Of a DNA stretch of 64,000 nt, positions 29,907 through 37,484 are shown in pieces. This DNA is from a virus (Duplodnaviria > Heunggongvirae > Uroviricota > Caudoviricetes), in IMG/VR virus record IMGVR_UViG_3300032167_000010; one strand, given 5' to 3'. The position numbers and the translations under genes were made by a program. The notes beneath the pieces are model-generated. The model did no database searches and was not told the DNA's origin. It worked only from the letters and a program-made list of their open reading frames with translations. Position 1 is the stretch's first letter, and each line of letters opens with the position of its first letter.

Positions 29907-30305
29907 ATGATTATTAGAATAACTGTTAATGACAATGATTTTACAGAATATCTTGAACAGTTTGCAGGCGACTTGGAACTTCGTTCTTACTATTGCAAAT
30001 TAATTAGAAAAAATAAATTTACTCATGAACACTATGTATATGATGAACGCTTTAGACAGCTCTTCTATAATACTGATAAATATACCACAGAACTTACTAA
30101 AGAACTTTGTGATATGATTAAACATAGCTGGGAAATTTTTGTAAAGGAAATTCTTGAGCTCGAAGATTATCAAGATGATAAAACGCGAGAATATCTTATT
30201 AAGAATTTTAAAGTTAAATTTCAAAAAAGTCTTACTCCTAAATGGGAAAATGGTGAAGTAGTTTATATCTGTTGCGGATATCCTAATAAATGGTGGACGT
30301 TTTAA
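29907..30305 (+). CDS. Hypothetical protein
   Basis: 132 aa, GGAG RBS. Confidence 0.6.
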   Translation: MIIRITVNDNDFTEYLEQFAGDLELRSYYCKLIRKNKFTHEHYVYDERFRQLFYNTDKYTTELTKELCDMIKHSWEIFVKEILELEDYQDDKTREYLIKNFKVKFQKSLTPKWENGEVVYICCGYPNKWWTF

Positions 30306-30353
30306 TTTAAAAATAAAAATTTATAAAGTATTAAAAAATTTTTAAAATTATAC

Positions 30354-30363
30354 TGTATAATAT
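30354..30363 (+). promoter_or_regulatory. TGTATWATAT extended -10-like promoter (representative copy)
   Basis: Copies at 29334, 30354, 32594, 35809, 38921, 41377, 43434, 44879 and 61420, all intergenic and upstream of non-structural units. Confidence 0.65.
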
Positions 30364-30393
30364 AATGTAAGCAACTTGCGCATAAGCTTACAT

Positions 30394-30450
30394 AGAGCCT
30401 ATACTTATTTCTAACGTAAATTTTGGGAATTTAAAAGTGGCAGTTAGGCC
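30394..30450 (+). ncRNA. Bulged-helix ncRNA family, copy 1 (57 nt)
   Basis: AGAGCCTA-T-ACT-TATTTCT ... AGT-TAGGCC. Confidence 0.7.
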
Positions 30451-30547
30451 AAATAAGATACTACGTTTAGCGGTGCCTTACTTTGGTTTAAGATCAAAAA
30501 AGACATCGCTAATTTTATTTAAAATTATTTTTTCAGAGGTATAAAAT

Positions 30548-32530
30548 ATGACTAATATTAAAAACATTCTTATTTCTCGTCGCATGCTTTTAGCTGATGG
30601 TTTTTCAGTAAGTAATTCTAAAATTGAAAATGCATACCTTAATGCTTTTTTACTTTCAAATTTTGGTATTGTTGTAAATAAGCCGGAACTTTTAACTAAA
30701 GAAATGGTTAAAGACATATCAGATGTTTATAAACTTAATGTTCCTAAATCTTATTTTGCAAATCCACAGGATACTAAGTTTTATACTGCTGAAGAACTTT
30801 TAATAGAACAATGTGTTTCATATTTCCTTGCTTACGGTGCGGAAGAATCACATGTTCACGTTTTTGATAAAAAACTTCCTGATTATCCTGTAGGAAACGA
30901 AATTAAGCTCCGCGAGTTTAAAATCTTAAATCCGGAAGAAGCGATTATAGAACTTGTTGCAATCACAAAAGCTTATGCTGAATATAAACGTCCTTGGAGT
31001 TTAGATGAACAAAATGAATTTTTAGCTCTTTACTATAATGGACAAGGTTATTATGACTTAAATACTATGCCACTTCTTTGCGGAGATAATGCTGTCTTTA
31101 TGTTAGATAAAGATGTAAACTTTGCACAGTTTTTATTTAAGAAAGATGTTGTGAAACTTTCTGTTGCAAAAGTAGGTGAATGTAAAGACCTCGTACTTGA
31201 TTCTGATACTAAAAAGCTTATTAAAGCAATTATTCCACTTGTTAAGGATTGTCCTATGTCTAAGAAACAAGCTAAGTTCTTTAATAAACTTGTTCAAATT
31301 ACTGGTGCAAAGGCAAAGAAAGTAGATAATAAACAATCACCTAATAAACTTGCCATTGAAAAAATTAAAGCAGGTGATATTATTGGTGCAGCTGACATTT
31401 TTGCTAAGAATGGTTCTCTTCTTGAGCGTAATCTTAAGTTTCTTCTTTCACGTGCAAATCCTATCGAAGCAGCAGTAATTCTTAGTATGCTCTCAAATAA
31501 AAATCCTACAGTGCTTTATCAACTTATATCTACTATTAATGCGGATAATGAAGAAGCTCGTACATTCTCTTTCTTTGCTAAAAATAAGGTTAAAACTCAC
31601 GCAGAGACTGAGTACGAAGCTCGTTGGAGAAAGTCTCGTTTGAATGACGCTACTAAGAAACTTGTCCATGATATTTGCTTCGAAAAAATTGCGGAACATT
31701 ATAAAGCCTCAGAAAAACTTGGTAAGGTATATATTGATTCTAAGTTCTATCGTGTAGCAATGCCAGTTAATACTTCTGCATCGGGTAAGGGTATAGACGT
31801 TCCTACGACTGGCACAAGACTTCCTATTACTGGTACTAAGATTCGTTCTTTTGTACACTGGGAGAATGCTTTCGATATTGACTCTTCTGTAATTCTTGAA
31901 AAAGAAGATGGTAGATTAGATTCTATAAACTATAGTAGTTATTATTCTCGTAATTATCAAGGTGTAGCTCGTTTTTCTGGAGATATTACAGGTTCTAAAG
32001 GTACTGAATACTTTGATTTAGATTTAGAATCATTAAAAAATCAAGGTATTAAAAGAGTGATATTTACTTTCCATGGTTTTTGTTCAACTCTTAATGAAGG
32101 TGAAATTTACTGTGGTTATCAAAACAAAGAGGACTTCAATACTAAAGCTTGGGACCCTAAAAATATTGAGCTTAAGATTCATGTTAAAGGTGATAAACGC
32201 GCTTATATAGCTTTTGCCGTGGACCTTGAAACTATGGAAATTGTAGTTCTTAATTTAATGCGTGACGACGACTCTCGTGTTGTTTCTTCTAAAGATTTTG
32301 AAGCTATTAAAGCTTTTATAGACCCTGCAAAACTTGAACTTAATATGGGTTTAATTGCTGAATGGCGTGGTGAAGTTGTAGAAACTCCTGAAGAAGCCGA
32401 CGTTGTTTTTGCTGATGACTATATTTCTAATGTTGAAAATCTTCCAGTTTCAGAAGATGGTTCAGCTAGAGCGCAGACTGTAATTCGTTCGTTTGATGTT
32501 GAGAAGCTTAACGCAATCGCAAATGTTTAA
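30548..32530 (+). CDS. Helical-domain + C-terminal TerD-like domain protein (candidate RNA-binding partner)
   Basis: 660 aa; FVHW..DIDSS..FSGDITG..GTEYFDLD resembles the TerD fold; recalled similarity to the MXAN_6230/SCO0854-like family is unverified. Confidence 0.55.
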   Translation: MTNIKNILISRRMLLADGFSVSNSKIENAYLNAFLLSNFGIVVNKPELLTKEMVKDISDVYKLNVPKSYFANPQDTKFYTAEELLIEQCVSYFLAYGAEESHVHVFDKKLPDYPVGNEIKLREFKILNPEEAIIELVAITKAYAEYKRPWSLDEQNEFLALYYNGQGYYDLNTMPLLCGDNAVFMLDKDVNFAQFLFKKDVVKLSVAKVGECKDLVLDSDTKKLIKAIIPLVKDCPMSKKQAKFFNKLVQITGAKAKKVDNKQSPNKLAIEKIKAGDIIGAADIFAKNGSLLERNLKFLLSRANPIEAAVILSMLSNKNPTVLYQLISTINADNEEARTFSFFAKNKVKTHAETEYEARWRKSRLNDATKKLVHDICFEKIAEHYKASEKLGKVYIDSKFYRVAMPVNTSASGKGIDVPTTGTRLPITGTKIRSFVHWENAFDIDSSVILEKEDGRLDSINYSSYYSRNYQGVARFSGDITGSKGTEYFDLDLESLKNQGIKRVIFTFHGFCSTLNEGEIYCGYQNKEDFNTKAWDPKNIELKIHVKGDKRAYIAFAVDLETMEIVVLNLMRDDDSRVVSSKDFEAIKAFIDPAKLELNMGLIAEWRGEVVETPEEADVVFADDYISNVENLPVSEDGSARAQTVIRSFDVEKLNAIANV

Positions 32531-32608
32531 AAAAAATTAATAAATTATTAAATTATTAATAAAAAATATTTGCTAAATTTTATAGAATAATATTGTATAA
32601 TATAACAT

Positions 32609-32722
32609 AGAGCCAATGCTTATTTCTTTAGCCTTTTAAGCCGTGTGTCGTAGGTTCGAATCCTACCGTCAGCCTTCGGGTGGCGTAGCTCAGCGGTAGA
32701 GCAACGTAAATATAGCTTGGCC
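32609..32722 (+). ncRNA. Bulged-helix ncRNA copy 2 carrying a circularly permuted tRNA-Lys(UUU)-like domain (YrlA-like)
   Basis: Order is anticodon loop CTTTTAA, T arm, acceptor 3' strand, TTCG loop, acceptor 5' strand, D arm; closed by GCCAA/TTGGC. Confidence 0.85.
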
Positions 32723-32728
32723 AAAAAT

Positions 32729-32816
32729 CGGGGTGTGCTGAAACTGGCGAGACAGGGTGGACTTAAAATCCACTACATTAGAAACGTTGGTGGTTCGAAT
32801 CCACTCACCCCGACCA
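32729..32816 (+). tRNA. trnL: tRNA-Leu(TAA)
   Basis: Cloverleaf, GTGGA-CTTAAAA-TCCAC, long variable arm, CCA. Confidence 0.92.
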
Positions 32817-32823
32817 GTAATTT

Positions 32824-32899
32824 GGGCCTCTAGTTCAGCGGTTAGAGCCCCGGTCTCATAAACCGGTAGTCCACAGTTCGAATCTGTGGAGGCCCACCA
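32824..32899 (+). tRNA. tRNA-CAT (probably Ile2, possibly Met)
   Basis: CCGGT-CTCATAA-ACCGG, CCA. Confidence 0.88.
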
Positions 32900-33446
32900 G
32901 TAAATAAACAACTAAATAGGTGCTTTATTGCGGATAGACATATCTATGGTAACTTTTGATGAGTTGATGATTGTGTATTTTAAGAGTTCGAGAACAATGA
33001 TAAAGTTGAATGGTTTTTGAAAACAGCCTATTTTAGTCAATTAAATATCCCGTGCCTTCTCACGTCTATTAAGTTAGAATGACATGTGCCAGAGCTAACC
33101 TAGTCGGGGACACTAAAAGTGGAAGTCCTATACCCGTGGTAAGTCGCCTCTAATCAATCCGTGGAAATTAGAAACCGTAAGAAGTTAGAAAAGGGCTAGT
33201 CATAAAGCTGAATCTGGTGGCTAGATAAAAGGATATTTAATTTGTATAAATTCGTCTCGTAGTTCGTCGAGTTTAAATAACCGAACGTGTGCAATATATA
33301 CAGAGTCAATTGACCGAGTAGTGAAGCACGCACCTCTACCAATGAGGCGGTCGTACAACATAGCACAATCCAATGAGAAAAGGACAGAGGCTCTTAACTG
33401 TAGCCAGAAGATGTGAGAGTTGCTTCCTCACCCGCTAAAATTATTT

Positions 33447-33534
33447 GGAGAGATGTCAGAGTGGCCTAATGTGCACGCTTGGAAAGCGTGTGTACTGAAA
33501 GGTACCACAGGTTCGAATCCTGTTCTCTCCGCCA
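33447..33534 (+). tRNA. trnS: tRNA-Ser(GGA)
   Basis: CACGC-TTGGAAA-GCGTG, long variable arm, GCCA. Confidence 0.93.
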
Positions 33535-34084
33535 GTGCGTTTTTGTTATATTTTTCGTAATAAAAAAAATAAAATATAGCTTAAATTGATAGGAACTAAT
33601 GCACGAATATCTAATGGAGTCATTTTAGGAATGATGTTGATATAGTTAGGGTAAGCATTAAAGTACTTCTTATTGTGTAGGTTAACATGCAGATAAGCGT
33701 TATGGCCCTACCGATACGTTAAATCGGGGAACAGTGTTTGTGGGGATACTATATTTACTGAGATTAATGATCTTGTCTAGAGTTCAAGTATTTTAAGAGC
33801 GCGACACTTAAGCTCTTCTGTACTCAGCAGTTTATAAAAGAACGAACAAAAGAGTAACAACAACTTAATAAGTAAGTATAAATCAATTGAGGTGTCCATC
33901 AAGCAGAGGCTTGTTTGGAGGACAGAGCTACCCGCGACTTGGATGAAATAGAGTCTGAAATCAAGCGGCCAAGAAGGTCTTGAAAAAGATATGGTAGCAG
34001 GAAGTGGCGAGGCGATAGCAGGTCAACTCAAGAGTACCTAGGTTATTAGTAAATTGAGGAAGCTGAAAATTAATTGTTGATTAT

Positions 34085-34162
34085 GCGGGATTGATGTTTT
34101 AATGGCTAGCATTTCTGCCTTCCAAGCAGATCGTGAGGGTTCGAGTCCCTTATCCCGTTCCA
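34085..34162 (+). tRNA. trnG: tRNA-Gly(TCC)
   Basis: TCTGC-CTTCCAA-GCAGA, TCCA. Confidence 0.92.
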
Positions 34163-34510
34163 GTATATCTTGGATAAAATTCTAGATACCAAGAAACTTC
34201 GAATATATTGAATAAGAAGGCTGAGTCCGTCGGTACAAGGCAATATGAGAGAATGATCAACGGACTACTCTCAAAATTATTTTTTTGGGCTGGTCATAAG
34301 ATCTAGGTCCACCAATACGGGAGTTTTCCTGTTATTTAGTTGTTAGCTTAGTAAGTCGTAGGCCGGACAAATACGTGTAGCCCCCGGTTATTGCGAGAGT
34401 CGAACAGCGCAACGGGGTGGTTGGCAACAACTAGTCGAAAGATGTAGATAAGTTCATTACACGTGTTTATTTATAATACTCGATTCTCTCAAAGGAAACT
34501 AGAGAGACGT

Positions 34511-34586
<76 letters not shown>

Positions 34587-34874
34587 ATTTGGGTAGAAGG
34601 TAGTCGCTTGAAATACAGTTGAGCCTCTAAAATACGCTCTTATATACGGCGAGGAATAGTATATAATATAATGTAAAGTTAAATAAGGTGCCACGAAGCT
34701 TTATAAATAATCTTTGCTGTGTTAATAAACGGGAAACTGTTTTACTCGAGGTGAGCTTATAAAAGGGTCAGTAGCTGTGGTAAATGGAACGAGATAAACA
34801 GCCTTATATTTATGTAAAATATTTCTAAGGAGGTAATCATTATGCTATAACTAAATTTATAAGGAGTTATCGTA

Positions 34875-35234
34875 ATGAAACCAAAACACAAATATTTTAG
34901 AAATCAGCGCTATAAGAACTCGCTTGAAAGAAAGTATAACAACGGATATAACGAAAGTTATCCAAGTAATATTGTTTTCTTAACAAAAGAACAAGACCCA
35001 CGTGCTAAAAGGGAAGCCGCTTGGTGGTGGAGCTATGACTTTAAGAAGAAAACACATTACAAATATTATGCTAGACCTGAAGTTCCTTATACTGTTATGG
35101 AAGAACACTATAAACCCGATAGAACTAAGCATTTTTTCAAGAAACATTCAAATAGAGCTGTAAGACGTACAAAAGACGCTTATAACGGCGGAAGCTGTAA
35201 AAAAGTTTTTGATTTATGGTGGACATTGTTTTAA
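34875..35234 (+). CDS. Basic hypothetical protein within the tRNA island
   Basis: 119 aa, AAGGAG RBS, followed by a hairpin. Confidence 0.7.
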   Translation: MKPKHKYFRNQRYKNSLERKYNNGYNESYPSNIVFLTKEQDPRAKREAAWWWSYDFKKKTHYKYYARPEVPYTVMEEHYKPDRTKHFFKKHSNRAVRRTKDAYNGGSCKKVFDLWWTLF

Positions 35235-35263
35235 GTCTTGGCTAGTTTTAACTAGCCTTATTT

Positions 35264-35339
35264 AGGGGTGTCGTATAGTTGGTTAGTACACAAGACTTTG
35301 ACTCTTGCAGGGTTAGTTCGAGTCTAGCCGCCCCTGCCA
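35264..35339 (+). tRNA. trnQ: tRNA-Gln(TTG)
   Basis: CAAGA-CTTTGAC-TCTTG, GCCA. Confidence 0.9.
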
Positions 35340-35428
35340 GATGCTGAGTATGACTATCCTTCAACAGAAAACAGTACGTCATTCTATCACAATATGAATG
35401 AAGCACAAACAAAAGAAGGGATTTATAT

Positions 35429-35549
35429 CACGACTTAGTTCATAGGTAAGAGCACCCAAATCCCAGGGAAGAGAGAAGCGTTGAAGCTGATTACTAGCTA
35501 GAATTGGCAGAGCTGAAGAGGAGCATCGTCGTAGGTGCAGTCGTGTCAA
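35429..35549 (+). ncRNA. Free-standing ~120-nt tRNA-like RNA, paralogue of the tRNA-Thr insert
   Basis: CACGACT/AGTCGTG acceptor-like stem, D arm, CCC-AAATCCCA-GGG hairpin, T-like arm. Confidence 0.7.
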
Positions 35550-35618
35550 TTATTAAATTAATAATTTATTAAAAAATTATTAGCTAAATTAATTAGATAA
35601 AGTTAAGGAGTATATAAC

Positions 35619-35714
35619 ATGAAAAAGATTATTTTTGCCAAAACATTAAAAAATAACAATAGTAGTGTTATGCCATTTTATCGTAAAGCCAGAGACCCAG
35701 TATTCCAGTGTTAA
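35619..35714 (+). CDS. Putative 31-aa peptide MKKIIFAKTLKNNNSSVMPFYRKARDPVFQC
   Basis: AAGGAG RBS, downstream of a GCTAAATTA motif. Confidence 0.4.
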   Translation: MKKIIFAKTLKNNNSSVMPFYRKARDPVFQC

Positions 35715-35825
35715 GAATTTTTATAGTAGATAAAGTATCTTAGCGCTTGGGATTATAAAAAATTCTGAGCGCTTTTTATTTTTATTATTAAAATTTACAT
35801 GAGAGTATTGTATAATATATTATAA

Positions 35826-35959
35826 GCGCCTGTAGCTCAGTTGGCAGAGCACGTGACTTGTTTGAGTAGCATAAGTAATGCGATATTATGTGAGTTCAAA
35901 TCTTACCTCAAGCACCATTAATCACGGTGTCCCGAGTTCGAATCTCGGCAGGCGCACCA
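35826..35959 (+). tRNA. trnK: tRNA-Lys(TTT) interrupted at 34/35 by a 58-nt mini-tRNA (35860-35917)
   Basis: Exons of 34 nt and 42 nt give 76 nt with CGTGA-CTT|TTAA-TCACG. Confidence 0.9.
35860..35917 (+). ncRNA. Anticodon-arm-less mini-tRNA nested in tRNA-Lys
   Basis: GTTTGAG/CTCAAGC stem, D arm GCAT-AAGTA-ATGC, T arm GTGAG-TTCAAAT-CTTAC, ACCA. Confidence 0.88.
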
Positions 35960-36209
35960 AAGAGGGCTATTTCCAAGCCCTGCTGGTTTGCTCGGCCGTT
36001 ATTGGTATTTAATGGAAATAAGTATTAATAGATAAAGTACGATAATCTTTATCCCTGGTTATGCAGGTTAATATAGAGGTAAGCGAGTGGTTTCCTGCGC
36101 ATTCCTACATATCAAATTCGGCGAGGAGATGGTTTGGTTTCTACTAACCAAATAACTTAGTAGACTATCTAGAGTAATATTCCGGGGATAGTTAAATAGT
36201 AGAATATAT

Positions 36210-36318
36210 GTGAGAGTAGCCAAGTAGTAAGGCCACCCGACGGGGTTACAAAGTGAGGTGCAAGTCCCACTGAAAGCATAGGGCGTACGGATCGTTGGTG
36301 CAAATCCAACCTCTCACA
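36210..36318 (+). ncRNA. tRNA-like RNA with two T-loop hairpins and no CCA
   Basis: GTGAGAG/CTCTCAC stem, D arm, TGCAAGT and TGCAAAT loops. Confidence 0.6.
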
Positions 36319-36324
36319 ATTTAT

Positions 36325-36399
36325 AGGGGATTGGTGTTAATGGCAGCATAGGGGTCTCCAAAACCTTTGGTTAGAGTTCAAATCTTTAATCCCCTGCCA
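36325..36399 (+). tRNA. trnW: tRNA-Trp(CCA)
   Basis: GGGGT-CTCCAAA-ACCTT, GCCA. Confidence 0.9.
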
Positions 36400-36549
36400 G
36401 GGCAGTTATAATGTGGTGAAGAATGGTCTGCCGAAGCAAAATCCGTAGGGTCATGAGGTATGGATACTCCTCGATTAATATAAGTATGCAAATTGAAAAT
36501 AGGCCTTAAGTAAATAAGTGAAAATATTAATAAAATTATCCATATTTTT

Positions 36550-36625
36550 GCAGGATTAGCTCAGTTGGGAGAGCAATTGTCTTACAAGCAATGGGTCGGC
36601 GGTTCGAGCCCGTCATTCTGTACCA
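36550..36625 (+). tRNA. trnV: tRNA-Val(TAC)
   Basis: ATTGT-CTTACAA-GCAAT, ACCA. Confidence 0.92.
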
Positions 36626-36883
36626 GTTGAGTTCGGATATAGCGAACTTTTGAAATGCTTAAGCATACTAGTAAATACTTAATCAAAGTAAATTTAGTAG
36701 TGGAATGTAATGTGGAAAAAGCTTTGACTCCGATACCATTTCACTCAACACCATTCAGTTCTGGGGTAAGTTAGTTGAACCGGTTATACTAACAACCATA
36801 TGTGCGTAGAATATGGATTTAACCTGACAGGCGGATATTCCTGTAGATGCAGAAAGGCTGCGAACTGAGACCATTTTAATTAC

Positions 36884-37000
36884 ATGTCAGTGGCGGAAAA
36901 ATCCTGCAGACCAAAGACAGTAGGTGGATAGACGTAACCCTGTTAAGGGTGAAGAGTCTTGCAAGCTCTTATAAAGGTTCAAATCCTTTCTGACATACCA
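36884..37000 (+). ncRNA. Atypical type-II tRNA-like RNA with D-loop insertion and 6-nt anticodon loop
   Basis: ATGTCAG/CTGACAT-ACCA, T arm AAAGG-TTCAAAT-CCTTT, ACCC-TGTTAA-GGGT. Confidence 0.7.
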
Positions 37001-37116
37001 AGGGCAAACAGTTATCACTTTCATTAGAGCCCTAGATAAAAGTTCCTGAAAGTGAAAGTTTTTCTTTTTCACAGTAGCTTGGTTTTATGATGACTTAAAA
37101 AACACAAACTATGATT

Positions 37117-37192
37117 CTAGGTATAGCACAATTGGATGTGCATCGCCCTTCTAAGGCGACGGTTGTAGGTTCGAGCCCTGCTACCTAGACCA
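37117..37192 (+). tRNA. trnR: tRNA-Arg(TCT)
   Basis: TCGCC-CTTCTAA-GGCGA, ACCA. Confidence 0.93.
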
Positions 37193-37199
37193 AAAGTAT

Positions 37200-37277
37200 G
37201 CCTCGGTAGCTCAGTTCGGTAAGAGCACTAGACTGAAAATCTAGACGTCGGCGGTTCAAATCCACCCTGAGGCACCA
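37200..37277 (+). tRNA. trnF: tRNA-Phe(GAA)
   Basis: CTAGA-CTGAAAA-TCTAG, ACCA. Confidence 0.93.
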
Positions 37278-37411
37278 AAAGCGGAAAAAGTACAATTCTG
37301 CTCAGCAACGCGTAGTATAGGTAGAGGTAGAATTACGCCAAAACGAGGTCATATGCCGTGGAGGAAACCCTGACACCGACGAGACTGGTTCATCAGGAGC
37401 GTTGTGAATAT

Positions 37412-37484
37412 GCCAGATGTGCTAGGAACACAAGGAGGTCTCATACACCACCTGTGCTTGGAGCGTAACCAAGATCTGGTACCA
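37412..37484 (+). ncRNA. Degenerate CAT-anticodon tRNA-like RNA
   Basis: GCCAGAT/ATCTGGT-ACCA, CTCATAC loop, non-canonical T loop AGCGTAA. Confidence 0.6.

Noticed and set aside
33311-33358. Very degenerate mini-tRNA (TGACCG/CGGTCG with CCTC-TACCAAT-GAGG)
   Set aside because: No CCA, no clear D arm and a non-consensus T loop; could be chance.
35860-35917. Group I or BHB-type intron explanation for the tRNA inserts
   Set aside because: Far too short for a group I core, no P7-type motifs, not at 37/38 and no bulge-helix-bulge; the inserts fold as tRNA-like units.
36884-37000. Ochre suppressor tRNA or stop-codon recoding
   Set aside because: TTA is not in anticodon register after a U33; genes are long and contiguous in code 11 and mostly end in TAA.
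37001-37055. HDV-like theta ribozyme downstream of a tRNA
   Set aside because: The pseudoknot order fits superficially, but there is no room for P3/L3 and no recognisable J4/2 catalytic C; kept only as a generic pseudoknot.
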